Below the pieces are notes generated by a model, which worked only from the letters and a program-made list of their open reading frames with translations, had not been told where the DNA came from and searched no databases. The position numbers and the translations under genes were made by a program. This document shows, in pieces, positions 1 through 11,385 of a stretch of 29,188 nt of DNA (within the stretch, counting starts at the first letter, position 1; each line of letters starts with the position of its first letter). Source of the stretch: an uncultured Enterobacteriaceae bacterium (GTDB taxonomy: Bacteria > Pseudomonadota > Gammaproteobacteria > Pseudomonadales > Pseudohongiellaceae); contig CAZKJY010000001.1 in assembly GCA_964553165.1 (NCBI GenBank), positions 1 to 29,188 of the forward strand, read 5' to 3'.

Positions 1-1
1 G

Positions 2-1254
<1,253 letters not shown>

Positions 1255-1331
1255 GCGGTACGGTGCTTCCCTTGTTAAGACTATGAAGAGTAATTACAAT
1301 CCATTATGCCTTTACAACCCGGATTTTAGAA

Positions 1332-3776
1332 GTGACCTGCACAGACAAGAGGCATCTTTTCCCTTTCAAAACAATCCATTCTGTCATTTTTTTAGCGGCA
1401 CTTTTTGCCTTAATCTGTCCGGAGCTTCTGTTTGCACAAGACCTTGCTGGGGACTCAGCACCACCTGACGTTGCCACTGAAAACTGGGTCCCCCTGAGCG
1501 AACTTGATGATACTTTGCGCGACTCAGTCCCGGAGGCCTGCTGTGGCCTGTATCTGAATCCTGAACTCCCTCCTCCGATTACTGATGGCAGTCTGCTGAT
1601 TGAAGCAGCCAGTGGCCGCTTTGATGGCAACACCCAGGAAGCGCTTATTACTGGCAGTATCGATATCCGTTTTGCCGATATCTGGCTACAGGCTGAACAG
1701 GGCATCTATGACAAGCTGGCCGGCATTGTTGAGTTGAGTGGCAACATCAGATTGCGTCAGGCCGGTCTCAGTATCGGTGCCACCTCAGCAACAGTGAATA
1801 CCCTCAGTGCCAGTTCCCAATTACAGAACACTTCCTACGTGCTGCATGAACTTGCCGCCAGAGGGAATGCTGAATTGCTGAGCTTCAATAACGCTGACAA
1901 GCGCCTGCTCATCACGCAGGGCAGCTACACCGTCTGCGAACCTGGTGACGATACCTGGCTGCTGGTCGGCAATCAGATTGAACTTGATCAGAATACCGGT
2001 CGCGGCACCGGCAGGAGCATTGTCCTGAGGGTCAAGAACATTCCCGTTTTCTATACGCCCTACCTCAGTTTTCCGATTAATGATGAGCGTAGTTCGGGGC
2101 TTCTGTATCCAAGTGTCGGTTCAACTCGGGAAGGTGGTTTTGATTATGCCCAACCCTATTATTTCAATCTGGCACCCAATTACGATGCCACACTGACCCC
2201 GCGTCTGATGTCGGAGCGCGGTCTGATGATGAGTCTTGAGGGCAGGCATCTTGGCAGCAGTTCCAGCAACGAACTGCAGTTGAGCTATCTGCATGATGAT
2301 GCCCAGTATGATACGGCGACGGCGGGCCTGCCGGGCTCGGAGAGTCCGCCGCAGGCAAGACGCTGGCAACTGAATTATCTTGGCTCTGCGGCATTCACCC
2401 GCCAATGGAGTGCCAGGGCGGACTTTTCAGCCATCAGTGATTTTGACTACTACCAGGACTTTGGCAACACCGGTCTGACGGATACCACCCGCAGTTACCT
2501 CTATCGGCACGGTGAACTTGATTACCATGGGCAGGACCTGCAGTTAAAGGCGTCTCTGCAAAGCTTTCAGCAGATTGACCCCAGTCTCAGCGATCTGAGC
2601 AAGCCCTACGCCAGTCTTCCCCGGATCAACCTGAATTATCTGGGTGACTTCAATAATGGTCCGGCCTATGCGCTGCAGGCTGAATATGTTTATTTTGACC
2701 GTCAGCTTAATGAAGCCCTGCTCACGCCTGCCCAGATCGACAATGGCCTTCTCGTCACTGGCCAGCGCTTCTCCCTGCAACCCCGCCTGAGCTGGCGCTG
2801 GCAAAGTCCAGGTGCTTACCTGGCGCCAGAGCTCGGCTATGACTATACCGCCTATCAGCTTGAGCAGCAGGCACTTGGAAGCCCGGATCGGATGGATCGC
2901 GGCATCCCCGGTGCAGAGCTGGACGCTGGCCTGATATTTGAACGTCCCCTCACCTTCCGGGATCAGGCATTCACCCAGACGCTTGAGCCCAGACTCTATT
3001 ATCTGTACCGCGGTTATGACAATCAGGACACCATACCCCTGTTCGATACAGCCAATCTGAGTTCCGGATACAGGCAGCTTTTTCGTGATAACCGTTTCAG
3101 TGGCCGTGACCGAATAGGTGATGCCAATCAACTCACGCTGGCCCTAAGCTCCCGTTTCCTCGATTCAGACGGTCTGGAAAAGGTACGCCTGAGTCTTGGT
3201 CAGATCCTCTATTTTGAAGACCGCCGCGTTTCCCTGATGCCAGCAGCCAGCACGCAGCAGCAAAGCAGTTCAACCTTTGCCAGTGAATTCAGCTATCAGT
3301 TGAACGAGAACTGGCGGCTTGCCCTGTTTCAGGAGTGGGACCCACATGACAGGCAATTCGATTCAGGCAGTTTTCAATTCCGCTATCAATCTGATATAAA
3401 TCAGGTCCTGAATTTCAGCTATCGCTACCGCGATAGCGTGAATATACCCGGAATAATCAAGCAAACTGATATTTCGGCCCTGTGGCCTGTTTCCGACAGT
3501 ATCGGTCTGATTGGCCGCTGGAACTATGACCATACCAACAAGCGAAACCTGGAAGCCATCGTCGGCCTGGAATACAGTAGCTGTTGCTGGGATCTCAGAC
3601 TCATTGCCCGCCGATGGGTTGATAACACGGACCTGAGCGGAAATTTCGTCCGGGAAAACAACGGATTTTTTTTACAATTTGAACTAGAAGGCCTTGGGAA
3701 TATCTTAGGTAATAGTATCGAGAGTTTACTTGGTGACAGTATTTCCGGCTTCAAAACCTATGTTGAAAACAATTAG
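1332..3776 (+). CDS. lptD: LPS-assembly protein LptD (organic solvent tolerance protein)
   Basis: 814 aa. OstA-like N-domain with YTVCEPGDDTW, PYYFNLAPNYDATLTPR, QTLEPRLYYLY, LFRDNRFSGRDRIGDANQLTLAL and EYSSCCW. Immediately upstream of surA. GTG start is uncertain. Confidence 0.95.
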   Translation: MTCTDKRHLFPFKTIHSVIFLAALFALICPELLFAQDLAGDSAPPDVATENWVPLSELDDTLRDSVPEACCGLYLNPELPPPITDGSLLIEAASGRFDGNTQEALITGSIDIRFADIWLQAEQGIYDKLAGIVELSGNIRLRQAGLSIGATSATVNTLSASSQLQNTSYVLHELAARGNAELLSFNNADKRLLITQGSYTVCEPGDDTWLLVGNQIELDQNTGRGTGRSIVLRVKNIPVFYTPYLSFPINDERSSGLLYPSVGSTREGGFDYAQPYYFNLAPNYDATLTPRLMSERGLMMSLEGRHLGSSSSNELQLSYLHDDAQYDTATAGLPGSESPPQARRWQLNYLGSAAFTRQWSARADFSAISDFDYYQDFGNTGLTDTTRSYLYRHGELDYHGQDLQLKASLQSFQQIDPSLSDLSKPYASLPRINLNYLGDFNNGPAYALQAEYVYFDRQLNEALLTPAQIDNGLLVTGQRFSLQPRLSWRWQSPGAYLAPELGYDYTAYQLEQQALGSPDRMDRGIPGAELDAGLIFERPLTFRDQAFTQTLEPRLYYLYRGYDNQDTIPLFDTANLSSGYRQLFRDNRFSGRDRIGDANQLTLALSSRFLDSDGLEKVRLSLGQILYFEDRRVSLMPAASTQQQSSSTFASEFSYQLNENWRLALFQEWDPHDRQFDSGSFQFRYQSDINQVLNFSYRYRDSVNIPGIIKQTDISALWPVSDSIGLIGRWNYDHTNKRNLEAIVGLEYSSCCWDLRLIARRWVDNTDLSGNFVRENNGFFLQFELEGLGNILGNSIESLLGDSISGFKTYVENN

Positions 3777-5034
3777 ATTAATTCTTTGCCTGGTTCTGGC
3801 CAGTCTCATTCTGCCTACACAGGCACAGCTTAGCGATAAAGTCATTGCCGTTGTCGAAGATGACGTGATTCTGCAAAGTGAATTCAACGAGCGCTTGGCC
3901 AATATACTGTCTAACAGCGGCGGCAGAAATCTGCCCCCAGCACAGGAACTGGAACAGCTGGTCCTGGATCAGCTGATTATTGAAAGCATCCAGTTACAGC
4001 TTGCTGTACGTTCAGGAATCCGGGTTGATGATAACCGTCTGAACCAGGCCCTGACGCAGATTGCCCAGCAGAACAACATGACCTTCGAGCAGTTCCGCAA
4101 TGTGTTGAACCAGGACGGTGAATATCTGAATTTCCGGGAGCAGATCCGGCGTGACATGATGATCAACAACCTGCAGAACAGCACCATCAATCAGCGCATC
4201 ACGATCACCCGTCAGGAAATAGAGAATTATCTACGCTCCGAGACTGCACTCGCCGAGGTTGCACCGGAGTTTCGCGTCAACCATATTCTGATTCCCAACG
4301 ATGGTCTTGGCCAAAACCAGCGCCAGCAGGAACTGGCTGAGCTCCTGTATCAGCAACTGGAAGAAGGGGCCGACATCATCCAGCTGGCCTCTTCCGGCCA
4401 GATTCTCGGCATCCCGGTCAGCGGAGGAGATCTCAGTGGCTGGCGCAAGGTTGAAAATCTGCCCACCATGTTCCGCTCAGTTGTTCCTGATCTGGAGGTC
4501 GGTGACATCAGTGAACCCTTTCAGAGTGACAGTGGTTTTCATATCGTTAAAGTGGTGGATAAAAGAGGTGGCTCAGATCTGCAGGTCAATCAGACCCACC
4601 TGCGTCATATTATGATCAGACCCAATGAAATCCGCACCCCGGATCAGGCTGAGACCCTGATTAACCAGTTACATGACCGCATCCTGAACGGTGAGGATTT
4701 TGGCGATCTGGCCCGTGTCTATACTGATGATCCCGGTTCCATGGTAAGCGGCGGCGATCTTGACTGGATCACGGAAGGCCAGCTGCCACCGGAGTATCAG
4801 GCGAGGATTGAGACGCTCGAAATCGATGAAATTTCCGAACCCTTTCAGGCGGACAACGCCTGGTACATTACCCAGGTCCTGGAACGCCGTGTGGAAGATG
4901 TCACCCAGGAAAACCGCCGCTTTCAGGCAGAACAGATCCTGCGTGAAAGAAAATATGATACCGAACTGCAAAACTGGCTCAGTGAAATTCGTGACACGGC
5001 CTACATTGATATAAAAACAGGAGGCAATAATTAG
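3760..5034 (+). CDS. surA: Periplasmic chaperone / peptidyl-prolyl isomerase SurA
   Basis: Signal peptide, then [16 protein letters not shown] and two parvulin domains (HILI...GGDL, HIMIRP...SDDPGS-like...GGDLDW). Start moved to ATG 3760, which overlaps the lptD end. Confidence 0.95.
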   Translation: MLKTIRLILCLVLASLILPTQAQLSDKVIAVVEDDVILQSEFNERLANILSNSGGRNLPPAQELEQLVLDQLIIESIQLQLAVRSGIRVDDNRLNQALTQIAQQNNMTFEQFRNVLNQDGEYLNFREQIRRDMMINNLQNSTINQRITITRQEIENYLRSETALAEVAPEFRVNHILIPNDGLGQNQRQQELAELLYQQLEEGADIIQLASSGQILGIPVSGGDLSGWRKVENLPTMFRSVVPDLEVGDISEPFQSDSGFHIVKVVDKRGGSDLQVNQTHLRHIMIRPNEIRTPDQAETLINQLHDRILNGEDFGDLARVYTDDPGSMVSGGDLDWITEGQLPPEYQARIETLEIDEISEPFQADNAWYITQVLERRVEDVTQENRRFQAEQILRERKYDTELQNWLSEIRDTAYIDIKTGGNN

Positions 5035-6025
5035 CCAGCAGGCTTTTATTGCGGTCACCCCGGGTGAGCCAGCCGGCATTGGTCCTGACATAAGCCTCCA
5101 GTTAGCCCAGGCCTATATCCAGGCAAAAGATCCGGTCTTTACCTTTGCCACGCCTGTCTTTTTTGCCGACCCGCAGCTTCTGCAGGCACGTGCGAGCCAG
5201 TTAGGTCTCGGCATCCCCATCCGCCCATTTTCTGAATATTCAGCAGACCAGACAGCCATGTGGGTGGCCCCGGTCAAACTTGCTGCTGAAGTCTCAGCTG
5301 GCCAACTCAATGTGAACAATGCGGCCTATGTCCTCAACACCCTGGATCAGGCAGTCGATGCCTGCCTCACCGGTCAGTTCCATGCCATGGTCACCGGTCC
5401 CGTCCAGAAGAGTATTATCAATGAGGCTGGCATCGCTTTCAGTGGGCACACAGAGTACCTGGCGCAGCGCTGCGGACGTGAGACGGTGGTCATGATGCTG
5501 GCCAGCAGACAGCTGCGGGTTGCCCTGGTTACTACCCACCTTGCCCTGCGTGATGTGCCACAGGCCATAAACGCCGAACTGCTGCGAAAGGTCATTCAGA
5601 TTCTGCATCACGACCTGCAGCAGAAATTTGCCATCCGCAAGCCGCTGATTCTGGTCTGTGGACTCAATCCGCATGCAGGCGAGTCAGGTCACCTGGGACG
5701 GGAGGAAATTGAAATCATCAGCCCTCTGCTTGAAGAACTGAACAGGCAGGGGTTCCGACTCCAGGGTCCCCTGCCAGCAGATACCCTGTTCACCCCAAAA
5801 TATTTGCAGTCGGCTGATGCGGTACTTGCCATGTACCATGATCAGGGTCTGCCAGTACTGAAAGCCCAGGGATTCGGTGAAGCCGTCAATATCACCCTGG
5901 GCTTGCCGATTATCAGAACGTCTGTGGATCATGGCACAGCCCTGGATCTTGCCGGCAGTGGCAAAGCCAGTATGGGAAGTCTGCTGGAAGCGTTCAGAAT
6001 GGCAGCTCAATTGCAGGGCGCCTGA
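5030..6025 (+). CDS. pdxA: 4-hydroxythreonine-4-phosphate dehydrogenase
   Basis: The frame is open from 5015 and contains the N-terminal [11 protein letters not shown] motif (about 5056-5088) that the ORF-track start at 5258 omits. Also [27 protein letters not shown] and [10 protein letters not shown]. The only candidate starts are ATA 5027 or ATT 5030, after GGAGG at 5020-5024. Confidence 0.93.
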   Translation: MSQQAFIAVTPGEPAGIGPDISLQLAQAYIQAKDPVFTFATPVFFADPQLLQARASQLGLGIPIRPFSEYSADQTAMWVAPVKLAAEVSAGQLNVNNAAYVLNTLDQAVDACLTGQFHAMVTGPVQKSIINEAGIAFSGHTEYLAQRCGRETVVMMLASRQLRVALVTTHLALRDVPQAINAELLRKVIQILHHDLQQKFAIRKPLILVCGLNPHAGESGHLGREEIEIISPLLEELNRQGFRLQGPLPADTLFTPKYLQSADAVLAMYHDQGLPVLKAQGFGEAVNITLGLPIIRTSVDHGTALDLAGSGKASMGSLLEAFRMAAQLQGA

Positions 6026-6026
6026 C

Positions 6027-6854
6027 ATGAACAGGCAGCACCGCCCCAGAAAGCGGTTCGGGCAAAACTTCCTGATTGACTCCCAGGTGATTGAGAAAAT
6101 CATTCAGTGTCTGCATCCGGCGGCCACTGAACACCTGATCGAAATCGGTCCGGGACAGGGCGTGCTGACCGAACGGCTGCTTGCCAGTGGTGCCCCACTC
6201 CATGCCATAGAAATTGACCGCGATCTCGCCGCCTGGCTGCGACAGCGTTTCGGCCACTACCCCAATTTTTCGTTAATTGAGCAGGATGTCCTGAAGCTGG
6301 ACTTCAATGACCTGCTCTCCGCTGAGAACCCGGCACGCATCATCGGCAATCTTCCCTACAATATTTCAAGCCCACTGCTTTTTCACTTGATGGCTTACCT
6401 GGCAGGCATCACTGACATGCTGTTCATGCTGCAGCTTGAAGTGGTTGATCGCATGAGCGCGAAACCCGACTCCAGAGACTACGGGCGGCTCAGTATCATG
6501 ACCCAGTATTTCTGTGAGGTAGAAAAACTGTTCGAGGTGCCCTCCCAGGCCTTTTCGCCGGCTCCCAGAGTCACCTCTGCCGTCGTGAAACTGGTTCCGC
6601 ATCCTCCGGCAAGTCTGCCACTGAAACACCCGCTTACCCTGGAGAATCTCTTACGCCAGGCCTTCGCCCAGCGCCGTAAGACCCTGCGTAATAATTTGCA
6701 GGGACTTCTGCTGGAGTCTGATCTCAGGTCACTGCAGATTGATCCCGGACTGCGACCAGAAAACCTGAGTCTTGATGACTATGTTAGAATTTGCCTCTGG
6801 CTCGAACAACGTAAAGGCAACCCGGATAGTCACCATGACACAGCAGACGCATGA
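6027..6854 (+). CDS. rsmA: 16S rRNA m6(2)A1518/1519 dimethyltransferase
   Basis: RKRFGQNFL, IEIGPGQG, IEIDRDL, GNLPYNISSPL and FSPAPRVTSAVV. ATG at 6027 follows the pdxA stop. Confidence 0.96.
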   Translation: MNRQHRPRKRFGQNFLIDSQVIEKIIQCLHPAATEHLIEIGPGQGVLTERLLASGAPLHAIEIDRDLAAWLRQRFGHYPNFSLIEQDVLKLDFNDLLSAENPARIIGNLPYNISSPLLFHLMAYLAGITDMLFMLQLEVVDRMSAKPDSRDYGRLSIMTQYFCEVEKLFEVPSQAFSPAPRVTSAVVKLVPHPPASLPLKHPLTLENLLRQAFAQRRKTLRNNLQGLLLESDLRSLQIDPGLRPENLSLDDYVRICLWLEQRKGNPDSHHDTADA

Positions 6855-7224
6855 AAATTCAGGCATTAACATCAGCGTAAAAACCCAGTACCTGGCACAG
6901 CAGTCTGATGTCCTGAATAACTCGCACGCCTTTTCCTATACGATTACCATACAGAACAACCGGGCCGATACTGTTCAGCTCCTGAGACGACACTGGATTA
7001 TTACCGACCAGAACAACCGTGTCGAAGAAGTCAAAGGCAAGGGGGTGGTTGGTCAGCAGCCGGTGATCAAACCCGGTGAACAGTTTCAGTATTCCAGTGG
7101 CACCATTCTCAACAGCAATATTGGCGACATGAAAGGCAGTTACACGATGCTGGCAGAGAATGGGGAAACCTTTGACGTGGCCATTCCTGCATTTGTGCTG
7201 GCTACTCCCAATATGTTGCACTAG
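6835..7224 (+). CDS. apaG: Co2+/Mg2+ efflux-associated protein ApaG
   Basis: FSYTITI, QLLRRHWIITD, VKGKGVVGQQPVIKPGEQFQYSSG. Lies between rsmA and apaH; start moved to ATG 6835. Confidence 0.95.
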   Translation: MTQQTHENSGINISVKTQYLAQQSDVLNNSHAFSYTITIQNNRADTVQLLRRHWIITDQNNRVEEVKGKGVVGQQPVIKPGEQFQYSSGTILNSNIGDMKGSYTMLAENGETFDVAIPAFVLATPNMLH

Positions 7225-7250
7225 GCTTAGCATTTTCACTGGAGCGTTTG

Positions 7251-8075
7251 ATGGCTGTTTATGCAGTGGGCGATATTCAGGGCTGCTACAAACCCCTGAG
7301 GAAGCTGCTCGATAAAATCAATTTCGACCCTGCGGTCGACCGGCTCTGGTGTGTCGGTGATCTGGTCAATCGTGGCCCTGACTCACTAAAGACCCTGCGC
7401 TTTCTAAAAGACCTTGGGCCGGCCTTCACTGCGGTGCTGGGTAATCACGATCTGCATTTCGTGGCACTGGCTACTGGCGCATTCGATGGTGGCAAGAAGA
7501 AAACCCTGAAAAAACTGCTGGCGGCACCGGACTGTCATGAGCTCAGTGAGTGGGTTCGCCATCTGCCGATTGTCCACCATGAAAAACTGGAAACCAGCAA
7601 GGGTAAAGAAACCTTTTTGATGGTGCATGCCGGTTTTGCACCCGCCTGGACACTCGAACAGATTCTGGATTATGCCGGTGAAATCGAGACCGCACTGCGG
7701 GGAGAAAAGTATCTCAAGTTCCTCACCAAGATGTATGGAGACCAGCCTGATATCTGGCACGAGGAGCTCAGCGGCATGAAGCGTCTGCGGGTACTGACAA
7801 ACTATTTCACCCGCATTCGCTTCTGCAATAAGGAAGCCCTGTTGAACCTGGCCGTCAAAACAGGGGCCAATACCGCCCCGAAAGGATTTCAGCCCTGGTA
7901 CCAGTATCAGAAACTCAGCAAAAAAGTGAGCATCCTGTTTGGACACTGGGCCACCCTGAATGGCGTGACCGATATGGAAAATGTCTATGCGCTGGACACC
8001 GGCTGTGTGTGGGGCCGATGCCTGACTGCTTTACGCCTTGAAGATAAACAAATATTCTGTACCGAGTGCAATTGA
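7251..8075 (+). CDS. apaH: Symmetrical bis(5'-nucleosyl)-tetraphosphatase
   Basis: Metallophosphoesterase motifs VGDIQG, GDLVNRGP, GNHD, VHAG, FGHWA and LDTGCVWG. Confidence 0.96.
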   Translation: MAVYAVGDIQGCYKPLRKLLDKINFDPAVDRLWCVGDLVNRGPDSLKTLRFLKDLGPAFTAVLGNHDLHFVALATGAFDGGKKKTLKKLLAAPDCHELSEWVRHLPIVHHEKLETSKGKETFLMVHAGFAPAWTLEQILDYAGEIETALRGEKYLKFLTKMYGDQPDIWHEELSGMKRLRVLTNYFTRIRFCNKEALLNLAVKTGANTAPKGFQPWYQYQKLSKKVSILFGHWATLNGVTDMENVYALDTGCVWGRCLTALRLEDKQIFCTECN

Positions 8076-8088
8076 TCCGATACCCCTT

Positions 8089-9255
8089 GTGAAAATTTAC
8101 CTTGTTGGCGGCGCTGTCCGCGATAAATTACTGGGCTTACCTGTCAAAGATAAAGACTGGGTCGTGGTGGGTGCGACGCCTGAACAGATGCTGGAGCTGG
8201 GTTACCAGCAGGTGGGCAAGGATTTTCCTGTCTTCCTGCATCCCGAAACCAAAGAGGAGTATGCACTGGCGCGTACTGAGAGAAAAACCGGGACAGGCCA
8301 TACCGGTTTCACGCTCAATACCTCTCCCGAAATTACCCTGGAAGAAGACTTGTTACGGCGTGATCTCACCATCAACGCCATGGCTGAAGATGAAGATGGC
8401 AATCTGATCGACCCCTACGGCGGTCGCGAAGACCTGCAGAACAAAATCCTGCGCCATGTTTCACCAGCCTTCTCGGAAGACCCCTTGCGTGTACTCAGGG
8501 TGGCCCGATTTTCGGCACGCTATGCCCATCTCGGCTTCGAAGTTGCCCAGGAAACACTGAAACTGATGCAGGAACTGGTAAATAACAGTGAACTGGCAAC
8601 CCTGCCTGCCGAACGCATCTGGCAGGAAGTTCGACGGGCATTATCGGAAAAAACACCGGCATTTTTCTTTTTGACCCTGCGGGACTGCTATGCACTGGGC
8701 ATGATCATGGAGGAAATTGAAGGACTGTTTGGCATTTCCCACGAAAAGGCCAGACTTTCTCTGATGGCATTGACCAAGGCTGCAGAATTAACGCCTGATA
8801 CAGCGATTCGATTTGCCGCGCTCTGCCATGAACTGGGTATCCTGCATGAATTTACGCTGATAAAGAATTTGCGCAAGGTCGACAGTCTCTGCGAACGCCT
8901 GAAAATCCCGAAGGATTACCATGATCTGGCTTCAATTGTCTGCGCCTACTGCGATGATTATGCCCGCCTCGATATCAGCAATCCCGAAAGCTTTATGTTT
9001 CTATTTGAGAAAACCGACGCCTTCCGTCGCAGTGAACGTTTCCAATTTTTCTTAACTGCCTGCAAGGCAATTGGCCGGGCAAGAAATGAAAGCGACACCA
9101 AACTGGATTACATGAACAAGATGCTTCTGCACGCGCTGCAGGTCTGTCAGGACGTGGATACCAGCACCCTGAGCGAAGCCGGCTATGAAGGCGAGGAATT
9201 CGGTGCGAAAGTAAAGGAACTACGTATGCAGGCACTTGATCGTACCTTCAATTAG
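8089..9255 (+). CDS. cca: tRNA CCA-adding enzyme (class II nucleotidyltransferase); HD phosphatase region looks degenerate
   Basis: YLVGGAVRD, DKDWVVVG, EYALARTERK, EDLLRRDLTINAMA and EDPLRVLRVARF. GTG at 8089 matches the usual MKIYLVGG start. Confidence 0.95.
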   Translation: MKIYLVGGAVRDKLLGLPVKDKDWVVVGATPEQMLELGYQQVGKDFPVFLHPETKEEYALARTERKTGTGHTGFTLNTSPEITLEEDLLRRDLTINAMAEDEDGNLIDPYGGREDLQNKILRHVSPAFSEDPLRVLRVARFSARYAHLGFEVAQETLKLMQELVNNSELATLPAERIWQEVRRALSEKTPAFFFLTLRDCYALGMIMEEIEGLFGISHEKARLSLMALTKAAELTPDTAIRFAALCHELGILHEFTLIKNLRKVDSLCERLKIPKDYHDLASIVCAYCDDYARLDISNPESFMFLFEKTDAFRRSERFQFFLTACKAIGRARNESDTKLDYMNKMLLHALQVCQDVDTSTLSEAGYEGEEFGAKVKELRMQALDRTFN

Positions 9256-9256
9256 C

Positions 9257-10015
9257 ATGACGCAGACATCAGAAAAACCTGTTGCACTGATTACCGGAAG
9301 TGCCCTGCGGCTGGGCGCAGCTATCAGCCGTAAACTGCACAGCCAGGGATATAACATCATCCTGCATTATCTTCACTCGGGTATCGAAGCGGAAAAACTC
9401 TGCGCTGAATTAAACCGGCTTGCCGCTGACAGCTGTATCAGCCTGCAGGCAAATCTGCTGGAAACTGATGCACTTGACGCCATGACCGTTCAGGCCTGCG
9501 CCCAGTGGGGGCGGCTGGATGTGCTGGTGAATAACGCCTCCAGTTTTTATCCCTGCTCACTGGAAAATTATACCGAGACTGCCTGGATGGAACTGATTGG
9601 CAGCAATGCGCGGGCACCAGCCTTTCTGTGCAAGGCCTGTTATCCGGCACTGAAAAAATCTCGCGGCTGCATCGTCAATATTACGGATATTGCGGCCAGC
9701 ACTGGTCGAAAGGATTATGGACTTTATACGATGGCCAAAGCCGCGCTGGAAAATCTGGGCAAGACCCTGGCCCGGGAACTGGCGCCGGAGGTGAGGGTAA
9801 ATGCTGTTGCTCCCGGCTATATCCTGGCTCCGAACATCGCCGGGGAAAACCCTGAAGAATCTGTCCCTGCCCCTGATCCACTCAGCTATTCCTGTCTGAA
9901 TTATCCGGCACGCTCTGAAGATATTGCCAGTGCCGTTTATTTTCTGATCTCACAGGCAGATTACATGACGGGACAGGTTCTGCATGTTGACGGCGGCAGA
10001 AGGCTGAAATTCTAG
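9257..10015 (+). CDS. folM: Pteridine reductase / dihydromonapterin reductase-like short-chain dehydrogenase
   Basis: LITGSALRLG (TGxxxR[IL]G pteridine-reductase variant), LVNNAS, YTMAK (YxxxK), VRVNAVAPG and GQVLHVDGG. Gene symbol assigned from motifs plus folate-gene context. Confidence 0.72.
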   Translation: MTQTSEKPVALITGSALRLGAAISRKLHSQGYNIILHYLHSGIEAEKLCAELNRLAADSCISLQANLLETDALDAMTVQACAQWGRLDVLVNNASSFYPCSLENYTETAWMELIGSNARAPAFLCKACYPALKKSRGCIVNITDIAASTGRKDYGLYTMAKAALENLGKTLARELAPEVRVNAVAPGYILAPNIAGENPEESVPAPDPLSYSCLNYPARSEDIASAVYFLISQADYMTGQVLHVDGGRRLKF

Positions 10016-10137
10016 TGGGGAAAGCTGACTGCTGACTATCATGCCAGGGGCCGTTCCCTTGCTGTGAACCCCTCAATACTCATGAATTTCAGGGCCATTC
10101 TGGATTGACTGATTCAGAACCAGCAGATGATGCTGTC

Positions 10138-10440
10138 TCAGGCACTCGACTCCATGAATGCAGCCAGTTCAAAATCACGTTCTGTGAGAGCGCCCGCCTC
10201 ATGGGTTGTCAGCTTAACCTCGACAGTCCTGTAGACATTGAACCACTCCGGATGGTGATTGACCTTTTCTGCATACAGGGCAACCTTGCTCATGAAAGCA
10301 AAGGCCTCGATAAAATTGCCGAAAATGAATGTTTTTTCCAACTTGCCCTCCTTCGCTATCCAGGGCTTTTTCAGCGCTGAATTAAGGAGCTGAAGCCGCG
10401 CATTGATCTCCGATTCATCCAGAGCTTTGATGGTCGTCAT
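10138..10440 (-). CDS. phhB: Pterin-4-alpha-carbinolamine dehydratase
   Basis: [51 protein letters not shown] is the PCD signature. Confidence 0.92.
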   Translation of the reverse strand: MTTIKALDESEINARLQLLNSALKKPWIAKEGKLEKTFIFGNFIEAFAFMSKVALYAEKVNHHPEWFNVYRTVEVKLTTHEAGALTERDFELAAFMESSA

Positions 10441-10494
10441 GGTATAACTCCTTTGCAGATTTCTGCAGGACAGCCAGAAAGGGGCGTACGCCGC

Positions 10495-11016
10495 TTAGGC
10501 TGAATCCACAGAAGAAATGGCTTTCTCATGCCAGCAGAAATCGACAGGCCAGAGCTTTTGCCGGGTTTTGTCATAAGCCATCCAGAGTTCGGAATAGCTT
10601 TTTTTCAATCGCGGGTGCTGCCGTTTGCCCGCGACCTGGGACAGCGGCCAGAGCACAAAAGCATTTTCAGTGATTTCGGGCCGGGGCAGTTCAATACCAT
10701 GATGCCTGCCGACAAGATTCCCGTAAGTCAGAATATCAATATCGAGCGTCCTGCCACTGAACTTCGGCAAGGTCCGGTTTCTGCCAAACTTGTCTTCAAT
10801 CTTTTTTACATGTGAAATCAGTTCACCCAGTGGCATGTCGGTTTCCATGCCAACCACCATGTTCAGAAAGTTATCCCCGTCAAATCCGACAGCTTCACTT
10901 TCAAAAACAGCAGAAAGACTGAGATCCCTGAAGGCGAGCAAGAGGCTGTCCAGACAGCGACTGAGATTTGCAGCCGCATCCATATTGCTGCCAAGACTCA
11001 GGGTCACCCAAACCAT
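10495..11016 (-). CDS. folK: 2-amino-4-hydroxy-6-hydroxymethyldihydropteridine diphosphokinase
   Basis: LSLGSN, FLNMVV, GRNR...RTLDIDILTYG, LPRPEI...FVLWPL. The ATG at 11016 overlaps the folB stop (TGATG). Confidence 0.93.
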   Translation of the reverse strand: MVWVTLSLGSNMDAAANLSRCLDSLLLAFRDLSLSAVFESEAVGFDGDNFLNMVVGMETDMPLGELISHVKKIEDKFGRNRTLPKFSGRTLDIDILTYGNLVGRHHGIELPRPEITENAFVLWPLSQVAGKRQHPRLKKSYSELWMAYDKTRQKLWPVDFCWHEKAISSVDSA

Positions 11017-11372
11017 CAGGGGCTCTGCTCTCTTTCGATTATGACGCCGACGTCTTTGGCCCCTGTGACTGCTCCCGGTTTGCCAAGGCTCAGTTTCAGC
11101 CAACTGACACTGAATTCATTGAGCACGATGCTGGCAATTTCTTCGGCCAGGGTTTCGATTAACTGAAACTCACTGGCCTCGACAAAGGCAATCAGACGCT
11201 TGGCCACTGCCTTGTAGTCCAGCGCATCTGCAATGGCATCCGTGGCCGCAGCTTTTTTCACATCACAGGCCATTTCAAGATCAATACACACTGTCTGGCG
11301 AATCCTGCGTTCCCAGTCATAAATACCAATCACGGTTTCTACCTGCAGTTTTCTGATATATACAATGTCCAA
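11016..11372 (-). CDS. folB: Dihydroneopterin aldolase
   Basis: DIVYIRKLQVETVIGIYDWE, LDYKAV, FQLIETLAEEIA, KPGAV...VGVIIER. TTG start. Confidence 0.95.
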   Translation of the reverse strand: MDIVYIRKLQVETVIGIYDWERRIRQTVCIDLEMACDVKKAAATDAIADALDYKAVAKRLIAFVEASEFQLIETLAEEIASIVLNEFSVSWLKLSLGKPGAVTGAKDVGVIIEREQSP

Positions 11373-11385
11373 GGCTGTCTTCCTC

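Noticed and set aside
5877-6026. Apparent 50-aa N-terminal extension of RsmA, and similar extensions on SurA, ApaG, Cca, FolK, TsaD and the MltD-like protein
   Set aside because: These come from the ORF caller taking the most upstream start. They overlap the previous gene, and the conserved N-termini begin at the downstream starts I used.
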